DNA of 61,695 nt, filler included, from Basidiobolus meristosporus CBS 931.73 (GCA_002104905.1; 4 parts of 4 records of this genome joined end to end with filler, not necessarily neighbours in it), one strand, 5' to 3'. Positions 1 to 13,700 are shown, counted from the first letter of the whole stretch. Numbers and translations: made by a program. Notes: a model not told the origin generated them from the sequence alone.

Positions 1-2575
1 TCTGGCTGGTAGCTATGTGGCTGAAGTCTGACTATAGAAATGGGAGCTTCCGGTCATTTCACCCGAACACCATCAATTGAATGGCCAAATCTCGATAATT
101 AAGCAGTGGCATGGTACAAAAAAGGGCAGGTTGCCCATAGAGGGAATCATCCTCGCTTGCACATGCAAATGTATCCACTTCACAACCTGTAATGTAGTCC
201 GAGCCGGTTAGTCAGTCAGACCCCAATTGATTCGTCGACGCCTAGTAATCTGTTGCTCAGCCCCTTCCCCCCGCCACTTCCATGAAATCTACCCCGACTC
301 ACCACACGCACCACACACCTAACCCTAAGTCCATGACTCAAACACCGTGGCCGACATCATGGAGTCCCAAATGAGGCGATTCCTAATAATCTTTGCCAAA
401 TTGATGCTTTGTACTCTCCGAGCATACCGGAGTGTCAATGGTCAGCAATGTAAAACCTTATGTTTAATCAGCGGCAATGAAGGATTGACGCCACAATGGA
501 AATAAACCCACTGCATCTGCAAAGATATCGCCACAGGCCACAGGCCATAATACCCCAATATCTCCCCATCTAATTGACACAGATGGCAAAATGTTTCTTA
601 GAATGGAAATGCTTCCCTCACCTCAGTCTCATCAATCCAAAGAAAAGCTTCACCAAGGAGTTGGTGGGTGTATGGTGGCTCAGCCATCCAAGCGCCACCA
701 CCCCTTTTGATCCGTCATCTTGCACTGTCGCAACGCTATCATAGTTTGGTCTTCTCTACCACTAGGGTATCGACTCCGTGTGGTTGGCCAAGCGGCTCCA
801 TGGACCAGATGACGGCGCAGAGAAGCAATGTCGCACTCGGGGATTCCAACAACCATGCATGCTCGTGAGTGACGCTCTAAAGTGAAACCATCCGTTTTGG
901 AAGATCTTTCCAGCGTCGGTTTAGGAAATACAGAGGGTAATTCTAGAATGCAGACACACAACGGTGGGTGGTCGTTTTTTTAGGAACGGCAAAATATCGT
1001 GGGAAATTCCCACAGATTTAACCCCGGCCTCGTGCCGATACCGCAAGGCAAGCAAGTGACAAGCCAACTGAGCCGAGCCAGTCCACCAGGAAATCATATG
1101 ATATTCACTGAACCTGTCCCACTCCCCGTATTCCTTGCTACGCTCTGCGTAGGGATGCCATCATGGGCCTTGTTCAGGGTTTGTGTACAGGGTTTGATGT
1201 TAATGCGAAGCCACCACTGGTGAATCAGTGGATATGGAGATGGATTTCCATGTTTAGTTAACTGATCTCAACCCGACAGGTTCCATGCACCAGCACGTAT
1301 TGAATAAGTGGCATGACCTGAGTTTAGCCGCACCTGACGACCTTGCCACAAAACGATAACTTTAACTCTCCACTCGGGAAATGTGTTCCCTTCGGTTAAA
1401 CTATCGAGCTGGCCAATGGGGTCCCGTCCTACAATGACTTTGCCACAACGCCTAGGGTTTTAGTGTGCGGGTTCAGTGCGGGCTCAGTGCGGGTTCAGGA
1501 TGGGTCATTTGGTTGTGAGACATGGTAAATGATGGGGTAATGCCCATCCACAATCACATGCTTCAATTTCGACCAGCCCCCTAAAAATCTCTTTTGTTCT
1601 GGGGTGCTGGTGCGTAGTCAAGATTAGACGATGAGAACGGCATCACGGATTATCAACCGCTCGCCTTGCCATATATAGTAGCCAACTACTATTCACTCGA
1701 ACCGACTGCTGGTTTAATTGAGTTTTAACTATAACAATGTGCGTGATTATCATACATGTTAAATGGGGCTGTTGATATAGGCAAATCAAGCTTCCCCTCC
1801 ATTTGCTCAAGTATATCGGCCAACTTGCACTAGAGTTTCGGCTATCAGCATGGATGGTCATTGGCTACATTGTCACGATTTTACCCCGCAAATCTTCCGT
1901 CTTGCATCCAATTCTACCCGTGATACGTGGCCAAGTTAATCAAGACCAGTACGAGCTCTGTAGTGCTTGTTTAGTAGATGCCAAGCATGGATATCATCGT
2001 GATCCAACAGAGCATCTGGGGTTAGGAACTCCTGATGGGCTGCAAGAATCCAAACCTTGGGTCTTGCTCACATATAAAACTGGGTAGATGAAAATGTTTC
2101 TAATCATTTTGGAATCAGTCCAATCACTTGATATCAATTAAATGAAAATCACTCCTCACCACTCAGAAATCTTTTGGGATGTTCTTGGCACTAATTATGT
2201 GTCAGCTCAACTAAACAATAAAGTCTTGCATATGGGTACTCAATATCTCACTTGGCTAACTGAGGCCTGTACACATCTTACTTCTGCTCTTGGTTACACA
2301 CACCACATATATTCAACTCAGTTATACTATCCTTATACAGGTTACACATATTAGTCTTGAATTTGGTCTTTATACAAAGATAATAGAATCAACTTGGTAG
2401 TTTAGCTCATAGCTTTTGAGCCTGACTGCTCTCTGTCAAATCTCTCAATCAGGGTTTGCCTCAATCACAGTTGCCAAATGTCATGCACTTAAATAATACA
2501 AATTTGGCAATACTCTGCATAGTGCTCTTGGTACCTTTCTATACATTTTATATGCCCCAGAGTATATAAACCATC

Positions 2576-2800
2576 TGTTGTAAGAGTCTGGAGATATTGG
2601 AAGTGTTATATCCAAGAGAAAAGTGTAGTAAAATGCATGAATGGTTTAACTGAACCCAAGGGACAACTAGGTGCAGAATCTTAGAATTGTCAGAGAGTGG
2701 CAGAGATATTGGCAGAGAGATCCTGGTTGAATACTGGTCTTGTATATAGCTGGGTTTGGCTATAAAGGCAACAGAGTTGGTGTACTATGCAGGCTAGGCT
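2576..2800 (-). mobile_element. LTR-like fragment sharing only its terminus with copia family A
   Basis: Begins TGTTGTAAGAGTCTGGAGATATTGGAAGTG, nearly the reverse complement of the family A LTR 3' end, then diverges; other boundary and TSD not found. Confidence 0.35.
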
Positions 2801-3835
2801 TGGTGTTCTTGGGGGTACTTGATATGCTACGCTTGGGTAGAGACTAGAACAGAATTGTTGAATTCTCAATTTTGCTTAGACATAATCTTAATTATGTTGA
2901 GACACACACTAAACCAAAAGACTCAGTAAACTTTATTTATACTTTTCTAATCAAGTTAAATTAATAAACACCAAGTGACTGGATTAATTGAAATCAGTTT
3001 GGGTGGTGATAGGTGCATAAGATAGATGAAAATTGCATCATTGATTAGCTGATGTCATAGCAACTGCTAATTGGTTGGATAGATCTTAGATGACTAATCA
3101 TTTGGAAAGGCTTAGCAGATCAGTTGAGGATGTAATGACCACATGAAAATTGATCAGGTGTGACAGCTAAAAATAGATTCTCTGAGGTGGTAGAATAATC
3201 TATAACTAATATTAGCTATGTTTGGGTTAGGGAAAATCAGCTAGGGTACTAGACTTTCTAGCGGTGTAAATCATCTAAGTTTTAAATGTTTATGCACAAC
3301 AGGAAGTGACTGAGAGAACCGGTGGTCTATGTAGCTTTACTTGATAATATAATGAATATACAAGTAATGGCTACACCTTTACATGGTCTTAAAAATGCGC
3401 ACATTTAGAATAAGTACAGTAAGATCCCAGGTGTTTAAATTGCTAAGCTTACACCTAAACCACTAATATGATGCAAGACTCCTCCTATGAGAAATCTCAA
3501 ACCTGGAATTCATCTGATTTTCTGCTGGTATTCTAGTGGTATTTTGCTGGTATTCAGCTAGTGTTTTTGGTTCAAAATTTCAAATGCAATTTGTGATGGA
3601 AGCAATTGGCCGCAAATTACCAAATTTGGTATGGATGTCAGTTGGCCTAGCCTCCTCCTAGGGAATTTGTTTGCTTACCTGCTCATCAGCCAACAACAGA
3701 GATATTGTGAGTTGTCAATTTTGAGAAACTTGGAATTCAGCTGATATTATAATGGTATTTTGCCAGCCTTTTCTAAGTTTTTTTGTTGGAGTCCACTTAG
3801 CTTATTGCTAAGTTGAAAATTAACTTCTTAAGAAC

Positions 3836-4183
3836 TGTTGTAAGAGTCTTTGAGATATTGGAAGTGATTGGGAGAAAAAGTAGATTATGTGGTTTTCACC
3901 TAATGATTGATCAAATGTAAAAGTAGCATTTATACCTTTACATAGAATTGGCATAAAAGCACATAGAATAGGTTAAGAAAGATCCCAAGAGCATTTGCGC
4001 AAAGTTTGGGGCTGTTTGGACAACGTTGAGAATTTTCATGTTCTGGGTACCTGGTATTTTGGTGAAAATATTCAAAGTAAATCCCAACAAGGAATTTGGT
4101 CAGTATTCTCTAGGATCTGAAGTTAATGATATAAGTGACCAAGTTAGGTGAATATTGATGTGGAATTACAAATTTTTACATCA
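3836..4183 (-). mobile_element. Copia family A LTR, isolated, reverse orientation
   Basis: 348 bp, reverse complement of the 17441-17789 LTR along its length; flanks AGAAC/TTATG do not form a TSD. Confidence 0.85.
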
Positions 4184-6467
4184 TTATGAAGGATTATGTC
4201 TACTATCTCCACTTTTATACTCATTTGGATGATGTTGGTGGCCCATTCATCATATCTTTCCTTTGAGGTTACTGAGCTTATTGCTCCTACATAACACCCT
4301 TCTAGCCAGTAATTGAATCATTTGATGTACAAATAAACTAACTTTACTCTGCTTTTATTGAAGCCCTTTTATTTTATTAAGGTGCAAAACTACATGTTTG
4401 TAATGCCAAGACCATGTAAAAGTATAAATACTACTTTTTCATTCAATAAATCATTCTGTGAAAACTACATAATCTACTTGTCCTCACAAGCACTTCCAAT
4501 ATCTCCAAGACTCTGACAACAGGTTATGAGCCCCAAGCTGTCACTCTCTGCAATGTCTACTACTGCTATTACTGGAATTTTTCCCTCTGCTGAAAGGCTG
4601 GATAGATCTAACTACCAAATATGGAAGGTGAAGATGAAGATGCTGCCACAAGAAAGAGGTCTTTGGGATATTGTCATGGGAGAAAAATGACCTCCTAAAA
4701 ATGTGGGAGAGGAAGCCTTAAAGTACCAGAAGACAAACAAAGTGCCTTTAAATGCATTTGCCTTAATGTTAAAGACAAATTGCTAATTCAATGCTCAAGA
4801 GAAAAAAACAGCAAAGAATGCCTTGAAGGCATCAGAAGACACCTACCAGTCATGTTCAGCCGCTAAGAAAATGCATCTTAGACAAAAATTCTTTACTACA
4901 AGGATGCAGCCAGGAGAAGAAATGAAAAATCTAATTAACAGAATTACCCTGCTGGTGGATGAGATGGAATCCGTGGGCTTACCAACTACTGATGAGGATG
5001 TGCTAGTTACCATCTTAAATAGCCTTAAAGATGAGTTTCAGGGCCTTGTATCCGCCCTAGAGTCAAGACTGAAGATTTAACCTTAAATTACATATACACA
5101 AGGCTCCCGGAGGAAGAATTAAGAAAATCAAGTACCAATAAGAAGGAAGAAGAGAATGCTTTAATAAGAAGTGATAACCAACAATGGAGATACCCAAGAT
5201 CTTTTAAAGGCAATAGCGACCTGTTTTGTAACTACTGCAAATGGAAAGGACACACATCAGACCAGTGCTTCAAAAAGAAACAGTCAGCAGAAAAAGCCTG
5301 AATATGGAAATGCTGCAACAACTGAAGATAGACTATTCATATCTACTCTAAATATGACCACAAGCAAGGATTCTCAGATGTGGTATATTGACTTTGGAGC
5401 ATCTCAATACTGTACACACCAAAAAGAACTTTTTACCCAATATCAAGAAATTCCAAGAAGGTTTTTATGGGTGACAATAGAACACTTGATGCAGTGGGAG
5501 AAGGAACTATCCAAGTAAGCCTTAGAAGCAGTGAAGGAAGCCATACACTGACCTTTAAAGAAGTACTCTATGTACCAGAAATATCCAGGAACCTACTATC
5601 TGTAAGCAAGGCCACTATAGAAGGACTCAGTTTCAGCTTTGACAATTCTGGATGCAGGATCACTGATCAAAGTGGTGCCCATAATGCTTTGTGTATCAGA
5701 GATCAGAATCTATACAAGTTGACTTATATTTCATCATATCTGGAAGCCAATATAAGTAACTTGAATAAAAAAACACCAATGCTTTGTTACAGGAGATTTG
5801 GGCACATCAATTTTGATTATTTGCGCAAAATGATCAAAGATCAGCTAATTTGTGGAGTAATAATTGCTCCCCCAGCTAATTTGGAGCACTGTGAAGCCTG
5901 CATATATGAGAGACAAACCAGATAGCCATTCAAGAGCTCTGGGTTGATCAACACTAAGAAAAAATTAGATCTAATTCACTCATTTCTGTGTGGACCTATG
6001 CAAAATATATCCTTAGGCAGGATGAGGTATTTAATCACTTTAATTGATGATTATTTAAGATAAACATGGGTCTACTTTGTGGATAGAAAAAATGAAGCTC
6101 TGTCTAAGCTCAGGGAGTTTAAAGCCATGGTGGAGAGAGAAACTGGCAAAAAAATCAAGAAAATACGCTCCAACAATGGTGCAGAATATACCTTAAAACT
6201 CTTCATTCACTTCTGCAAAATTCATGGGATGAAGCAAGAGACTACTGTACCATACTCTCCGCAGCAGAATGAAGTAGCAGCAAGTGCAAACAGATCAATA
6301 ATTGACATGGCAAGATTTATGATCCATGATCAAAAATTATCCTATGATTTTTGGGTGGAATCAATTGCCACAGCTGTATATCTTAAAAATAGGAGTTATA
6401 ACAGAATACTTTGTGATTCTACTCCATTTGAAGCAAGGTATGGTTACAGACCAAATGCAGAGCATCT

Positions 6468-6817
6468 TGTTGTAAGAGTCTTGGAGATATTGGAAGTGAT
6501 TGGGAGAACAAGTAGATTATGTGGTTTTCACTTAATGATTTATTGAATGTAAAAGTAGTATTTATACTTTTACCTGGTCTTGGCATTACAAACACGTAGA
6601 ATAGGTTAAGGAAGGTCCCAAGAACATGTGTGCAAGGTTTGGGGCTGTTTGGACAACTTTGAGAATTTTCATGTTCTGGGTACCTGGTATTTTGGTGAAA
6701 ATATTCTAAGTAAATCCCGACAAGGAATTTGGTCAGTATTCTCTAGGATTTGAAGGTGATGATCTAAGTGACTAAGTTAGGTGAATATTTAGGTGGAAAA
6801 TACAAATTTTTACAACA
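6468..6817 (-). mobile_element. Solo LTR (family A) inserted in the integrase of A1
   Basis: TG...CA 350 bp, perfect 5-bp TSD CATCT (6463-6467, 6818-6822). Confidence 0.95.
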
Positions 6818-9032
6818 CATCTGAGAATATTTTGGTGTACAGCAAATGCCAAGATACTGCCCAGAAATCAGTCTAAATTTCAGCCACAAAGTGTAAAATG
6901 CATATTTTTGGGCTACTGCAATGAGAGTAAAGCATACTGACTCTACAATGCCAAAGCAAAGAAGCTAATCAAGTCCAGGGATGTGCTGTTTGATGAAAAT
7001 TCAATATTCTCAAAAAAAATGACATCAGATGATGACAGAAATCTGATCTCAAGTCCACCAATTGACAGAATTGAATCAGAGCAAAACAATGAAGATTTTT
7101 TCACTCCAGAGGACTCAACAACCATGGTTCAGGCTGAAGCAGTGCCCAGGAATATCCCAGAAGTGATCATCCCAGTATCAAATGCCCAAAGACTCAATTG
7201 GACACAACATAGACCAAATTCCTATATCAATGAGGGTACAAACTTAGCCTATGCTGTTCAGTCCATATTGATGAGCCCCAGACTGTAAAAGAGGCCCTAA
7301 ATAGCCCTCAGACAAGGTCTTGGTGATCTGCAATGACTGAGAAATATCAGCCCCTGATGGAAAATCAAACTTGAAACTTAGTCAAGTTATCAATCAACCA
7401 AAAATTAATTGGATCCTGATAGGTCTTCAAGACAAAATACAAGGCTATGGTACAGTTGAAAGATACAAAGCAAGACTTGTGGCCAAAGAATACTTTCAAA
7501 CAAAAAGACTTGACTATATTGAGACCTTTGCACCAGTAGCCAAGTATAATTCCATCAGATTAATATTGGCTATTGCAGCCAAATATAAGCTTCTTATTCA
7601 TCAAATGGATGTAAAAACTGCATTTTTGAATGGAGAACTTGCTGAGGACATGTATATAGACCAGCCTGAAGGGTTTGGTGATCAAGATAAACCCCATTTG
7701 GTCTGTAAGCTTAAGAAGCCACTATATGGTCTCAAACAATCACCAAGAGCATGGAATTGCAAGATAGATTCTTATTTGAAATCTTTGTGTTTCAAAAGGA
7801 TTAATGCTAACTATAGTATATACTATAAGCCAGATAGAGCAAATCCAGTTCTATTAGCTCTATAGGTGGAGGATCTTATTATAGCTGCCAATAACCTAGC
7901 AACTTTGGAAGAGACTAAATCCAGCCTACCTAAGGAGTTCAAGATGTCCAATCTAGGAGAACTCAGTTACTACTTAGGAATTAAGTTCTTCATAGACAGA
8001 AGTACCCAGACTATCACCCCAAGACAGCCCAAGTATATTCAAAATATACCAAAGAAGTACCAAATGGAAGACTATTAACTGGCAGCTACCCCAATGGAGA
8101 CAAACCTTAACTTGGTCAAAACTCAACCAAATCAAGAGAGGCTGGTGTCATCTGAAAGCCCTGACTTTCCTTATGAATCAATGGCTGGCAGTCTGATGTA
8201 TATCAAGCTTGGAGCATGTCCATATATCTAATATTCAGTGAGAATTGTTGGCCAACATAATCAGAGCTGTGGATCTGATCATATTGCAGCAGTTAAGCAG
8301 ATTTTTAAATACCTAAAAGGAACTGCTGATATCTGCTTAGATACACTTATGGGATTCACGACAGGATCTTGTGGGATATTCTGATGCTGATTGGGGACAA
8401 AATTTGGAAGACAGAAGATCCACCACAGCATACACCTTACATGACTGTACAGGAGCAATTTCATGGAATTCAAGAAAGCTTTTTACAGATTTAGGCCCAT
8501 GTCAAAAAATGCCTATTACCTTGTTTCAAGATAATCAAGGATGAGTACAACTAGGTAGAAATCCAACTTTTCATGCTAGAACTAAACACATAGATATTAG
8601 ACATCATTTCATATGTGAAGCAATAGAGAATAACTTAGTTAGCTTAGTTTACTGTCCTTCAGATGAAATGATTGCAGACATATTTACCAAACCATTAGAT
8701 AGAGACAAGTTTGAATATCTTAGGTCAAAATTAGGACTAGTCAGTATGAGCATTTAGCTGAGTGGGAGTGCTGTAAAAATTTGTAATTCCACCTATATAT
8801 TCACCTAACTTAGTCACTTAGATCATTACCTTCAAATCCTAGAGAATACTGACCAAATTCCTTGTCAGGATTTACTTAGAATATTTTCACCAAAATACCA
8901 GTTACCCAGAACATGAAAATACTCAAAGTTGTCCAAAAAGCCCCAAACCCTGCATACATGTTCTTGGGACCTTTGTTAACCTATTATGCATGTTTGCTAT
9001 GCCAAGACCATGTAACAGTATAGACACTACTT

Positions 9033-9381
9033 TGTTGCAATATTCTGAGGAGTATTGGAAGTGATGTGGAGAAGTAGAAGATTTACATGTTATTCACTTG
9101 TAGATCTATTGATCAAAAGTATGGTATTTATACTTTTGATAAAGTAGAGGAAACAAACGTGTAGAGTTTGTTAAGGAAGGTCCCAAGAATATGTGTGCAA
9201 AGTTTGGGGTCTTTTGGACAACTTTGAGAAAAATAATAATCTGGGTACCTGACAATTTGGTGAAAATATTCTAAGTAAATCCCAACAAGAAATCTAGTCA
9301 GGACAGAATGCTAATCACAGAATAAGATCTATGTGACTAAGTTAGCATGAATATTTAGGTGACAATTCAACAATTACAACA
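9033..9381 (-). mobile_element. Solo LTR (divergent family A variant) inserted in the 3' LTR of A1
   Basis: TG...CA 349 bp, TSD TACTT (9028-9032, 9382-9386); host LTR resumes after it; centre matches family A, ends diverge. Confidence 0.88.
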
Positions 9382-9486
9382 TACTTTACATTCAGTAAAT
9401 CGTTAAGTGAAGTCCACATAAACTACTTGTCCTCCCAACCACTTCCAATATCTCCAAGACTCTTACGGCATTATGAAGGTCCAAAT

Positions 9487-11030
9487 TGTTGTAAAAGTTT
9501 GTAATTCAACCTAAATATTCACCAAACTTAGTGACTTAGATCATTACCTGCAAATCATGGACAATACTGACTAAATTTCCTTGTTGGGATTTACTTAGAA
9601 TATACCAAGTGTCAAAGGTGATAATGTATATGCTGCCACAAGAAAGAGGCCCTAGGGATATTACCATGAGGAAGATTAACCTCCTAGAAATGTGGGAGAG
9701 GAAGCTTTGAAGTACCAGAAGAAAAAACAAAGTGCCTTTAACTGCATTTGCCTTAATGTCAAAGACAAATTGCTAATTCAATGCTCAAGAGCAAAACAGC
9801 AAAGAATGCCTGGATGGCATTAGAAGACACCTACCAGTCATGCTTGGCTGCAAAGAGAATGTATCTTAGACAAAAATTCTTTACTACATAGATACTGCCA
9901 GGAAAAGAAATGAAAACTCTAATTAGCAGAATTACCCTGCTTGTGGATAAGATGGAATCTGTGGGCATACCAGCTACTGATGAGGATGTGATAGTAACCA
10001 TCCTGAATAGCCTGTCCAACAAGCTTCAGGGCCTTGTTTTAGCACTGGAGTCTAGAACCCAAGATTTGACCTTAAATCTCATATATAGAAGGCTCCTGGA
10101 TGAAGAATTAAGAAAATCAAGCACCAACAAGGAGGAAAAAGTGCTTTAAAAAGCTACAATAACCAATAAAGGAGGTATCCAGGATCTTTTGAAGGCAGTA
10201 GCAGTCTATTTTGCAACTACTGCAAAAGGAAAGGTTGCACATCAGACTGGTGCCTCAAAAAGAGAGATGGTCAGCAGACAATTCTGTACATGGAAATATT
10301 GCAACTAAAGAAAGATTATTCATATTTGCACTAAATATCACCACAAACAAGGATTCTCAGATGTGGTATATTAACTCTGGAGCATATCAACACTTTATAC
10401 ACCAAAGGAACCTTTTACCCATTATCAAGAGAATCCAATTAAGAAGGTTTTTATTGGTGACAATAAAACACTTGATGCAGTGGGAGAAGGAACTATCAAA
10501 GTAAGCCTCAGAAGCAGTGAAGGAAGCCATACATTTACCTTCAAAGAAGTACTACATGTACCAGAGATAGCTAAGAACTTACTACCAGTAAGCAAAGCCA
10601 CAGCAGAAGGGCTCAGTTGCAGTGTTGACATTTCTGGATGCATGAATACTGATCAAGAGGGTGCTCATATTGCCTTGGGTATTAGAGATCAAAATCTGTA
10701 CAAGTTGACTCATATTCCATCATATCTGGAAGCCAATGTAAGTAACTCAAAAGAACAATCACCAATGCTTTGGCACCAGAAATTTGGATGCATCAATTTT
10801 GGTTATTTGTGCAAAAGGATCAAAGATCAGCTAATTTCCAGAGTAAAAGTTGTTCCCCCAGCTAATTTGGTGCACTATGAAGCCTGCAGATTTGAGCAAC
10901 AAGCCAGAGAACTGTTCAAGATCTCCTAGTTAATGAAAACTAAGAATATATTAGATCTTATTCACTCAGATATGTGTGAACCTATGGAAAGCTTATCCTT
11001 AAGTGGGGTGAAGTATTTGATCACATTTAA
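9487..11030 (+). mobile_element. Truncated copia A2 (partial LTR fused to gag, PR, start of IN)
   Basis: LTR start TGTTGTAAAAG at 9487, deletion joins LTR to gag at ~9605; ORF fragments 9910-11030 match family A. Confidence 0.88.
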
Positions 11031-11039
11031 CTGCAGCTT

Positions 11040-11730
11040 TTTCTCACACATCCCTGTCTCTTTCTTTGGTAGACTCTTTCCCTTTCCCTTTATCCCTGCC
11101 AGGTTTTTCACTGCTTATCTGTGTGGATGCTTCTTGTATTGAACTACATTCTCTCCTTAATAAATGCTGCACTGGTGCATCCACATCTGTCTGCTTCTCC
11201 CTTACTGGCACTCTTCTGGCAACCTGACATTTCTTTGCCATCTGTGTTGATCCTTCAGCTCTAGTTGTAACAAGCTCCCAAAGAAGCTGATGGATTTTAT
11301 CATTGTCATGTCCTTCATTACTACTTTAACTGAGTGGCTCTTGAATGGGGCTGCACTTTTTCTTTGCTAAATATTGTACTGAGGCATCTGCTTCAGCCTG
11401 CTTGCTCCTTGCTAGCACTCTTCTAGCAACCTGACACTTCTTTGCAGCTTACACAGAGCTTTTGGCCATGCTAGTAACAGGCTCTTGAGGGAGCTGCTAG
11501 TTTTCAGCCATGGCATCCTTGCTATTGCACTTTAGGTAGTATCTGCTGTTCTTAAGATAGTTTCTTAGCATACCCATGCATACCCTAAGTATATTGGATC
11601 ATCTGAATCCAGGACAATGCCAATCCATCAGATCAAGCACATTCTGCTTGGCCTTGAGTTTGTGATGGTTCAATAGTATACAATCCTCAAGGTGAAGAGC
11701 TTGCTGGACTCCCTATGAAAAATAAATTAG
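11040..11730 (-). pseudogene. Degenerate unknown ORF with ~207-bp (69-codon) internal repeats, homologous to 54660-55220
   Basis: Shared peptides HHxLKxKQNVLDL...PGF and KCQVARRV in both loci; repeat copies at 11211 and 11418. Confidence 0.5.
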
Positions 11731-11733
11731 CCC

Positions 11734-12918
11734 TGCTGTGGTAGTGTATAAGTCCAAAGGGCAAAATACGGCCAACACTTCTCAAGTGTGTGTGTGTGTG
11801 TGTGGTGCTCACTTGGTGCAATAACCTCAGGCAAAGCTTGCTAGGAATACTGGGTCTTTTATCTAATCTAATGTGAAGGGGGATAAAGCCTCAACCTTGT
11901 CAAGGGAAAACTATTGAGCTACAATCCTCAACTTAGTTGATGTCTTAACAAAAGTTTATACCGGCTTCAACATCCTTTGAGATGACAGTGTACTAAAGCT
12001 TGCAATGTCAAAACAACTGTAAACTCCACCAACAGGGACTTGATAAGAATGCAGCTTAGACCAGTAGATACAAGGACTGAAAAATATCTTTGCCTGTACA
12101 AGAACAAGCTTGGGAAAACAATAAAAATATAATAAAATATGCCTACTCTGAGTATTCCTCACAAGTAGTGCCTCCAAGATCAGTTGGCTAGTTACCTCAT
12201 ATGGTAGTTGGATAGAGGGTTATGAAACCAGGATGGTCACATGACATAGGCACTGTTGGGGCACTTGCCTTATATGGTTACTATCTTATCTTGGCATCTT
12301 GGCAAGGAATAGGAATAGCTTGTGCAATGGGTTAATAGTGACAAATAGTTTGCCAGGTCACATAGTAATAATCACATAGACATATGAAAAATATTGCAAT
12401 TTGGGATGATACTAATATAGGGGGCGGTTTATTCCTTTTAGGGAAGTGAATGTGTGGGAATGAGCACATCTGCCTGTGGGTGTCACTCTGATCCCACTAT
12501 ATTCACCCCCCTCTCAGCTTTGAACTCAGGTCAAAGCAAACTAAATGCAATGTGCAAAATTCCAGTGCTTAAATAGTTTAAATTTGTTTCCTGCCACAGG
12601 TACTCTTAGTGGTGTTTCATCAAGTTCAGACAAGTAGTAGCTTCCATTTCCAATCACCTTGGAGATAATAAATGGGCCAGACCACTTATTGTCAAATTTG
12701 CAGCTCCACTGTTTGTCTAAAGTGGAATCATAGAGCAATACCGGATCTCCTTGCAGTAACAGCTTGGGTCTAAGGCTATGTGACTTGTCAAATGGTTCCT
12801 TGTTCTGAAGTCTTATGGCTTTAAGTTTAGCAGCTACTTTGGTAATATCAAGTTCATGGTGATCAAGCTGTTTGATGCATGTAGTCTGTGTGGGTTATTA
12901 CTGACTGTACTTGGTGAG
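11734..12918 (-). mobile_element. Ty3/gypsy 3' end: integrase C-terminus, PPT and 3' LTR (11734-12505)
   Basis: ORF 12541-12738 with KFDNKWSGPFIISKV (GPY/F motif); PPT GAGAGGGGGG at 12506-12515; LTR homologous to 51082-52110; cut by the gap. Confidence 0.8.
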
Positions 12919-13018
12919 NNNNNNNNNNNNNNNNNNNNNNNNNNNNNNNNNNNNNNNNNNNNTTAATTAATTAANNNNNNNNNNNNNNNNNNNNNNNNNN
13001 NNNNNNNNNNNNNNNNNN
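12919..13018. other. Assembly gap with artificial six-frame-stop linker
   Basis: N44-TTAATTAATTAA-N44, identical to the gaps at 31772 and 47868. Confidence 0.98.
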
Positions 13019-13074
13019 ATATTGAGACTTCAGCCATACCTGTGAAGGAAGAGCTGGGAATAGCAGTAAGTGAG

Positions 13075-13700
13075 TATTTTCTGCTGAGAATGCTGAAAAG
13101 ATAATGGTTCTTGAAACCTTATGGACTTCTATACACCAGAGATATGATGGTTGAAATGTCAGTCAGTGATCAGAGTGTAAGTAATGATGTGATAGATACT
13201 CCAGCATGAGTGTATTTATCTACCATAGCCGTCATGATTATTAAACAAACGCGCAAAAGATACACTTCACAAAGCTCAGAGGGTAAAAAATCTTATCCTG
13301 GTCAAAATCCGTGTTTTGAGGCAGACGATTTTGAACCAGAATCCTCGTATGAAAGGCTTATCTACGCATCAACGGGGCATCAACGGGGCATCAACGGGGC
13401 ATCATCTTTCAGCACCACCATCAGTCATATGCCTAACGGTAAGACTATAGAGATTTCAACGAGTTATTTCACTCTACGATTATATGCATGCATTCAATCA
13501 AAGCAACTATGCCATTTGTTTACGTATCAAAATCCAAGCCACACACACTATAACAAGTCATACACACGATAAAGTTGTATATTATTCCCCTTCATTATCT
13601 TAGTAACTCTGTTTATGCCCTTATGGCTCTACACAATCTTCTTTAATATTCGATTCAACGGTGAAGTACTCACAATACGACTCAATACCGTTCCCTCCTC
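13075..13700. repeat. Diverged direct repeat X1 (homolog of 16310-17265)
   Basis: Collinear shared blocks, e.g. TGATGTGATAGAT, CAAAAGATAC...CACAAAGCTCAGA, CAGAATCCTCGTATG, CACTCTACGA...ATGCATGCATTCAATC, TATTCCCCTTCATT; contains (GCATCAACGGG)-type 12-bp unit x3 at ~13366-13402. Confidence 0.8.

Larger units (their letters stand above)
4390..9470 (+). mobile_element. Degenerate Ty1/copia element A1 (partial 5' LTR, PBS, gag-PR-IN-RT-RH relic, interrupted 3' LTR)
   Basis: LTR end at 4521, PBS GGTTATGAGCCC at 4522, fragmented ORFs matching the 17821-22499 polyprotein ([17 protein letters not shown]), PPT GAGTGGGAG before 3' LTR at 8769; many stops and frameshifts. Confidence 0.92.

Noticed and set aside
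318-328. Telomere or interstitial telomeric array
   Set aside because: Fewer than two CCCTAA units
4184-4192. TTATGAAGG following both the 4183 and 9470 LTR ends as a TSD
   Set aside because: Both copies lie on the right side of their LTRs, which is not TSD geometry; left unexplained
11786-11804. (GT)n microsatellite as an independent feature
   Set aside because: Local expansion inside a gypsy LTR; the homolog near 51135 has a shorter tract
12963-12974. TTAATTAATTAA palindrome (also 31816 and 47912) as a biological site
   Set aside because: Centred in identical 100-bp N gaps; an artificial six-frame-stop linker. Adjacency across these gaps is unproven
13210-13572. 120-aa ORF as a real protein
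   Set aside because: Differences from the X2 homolog are mostly non-synonymous and indels break the frame
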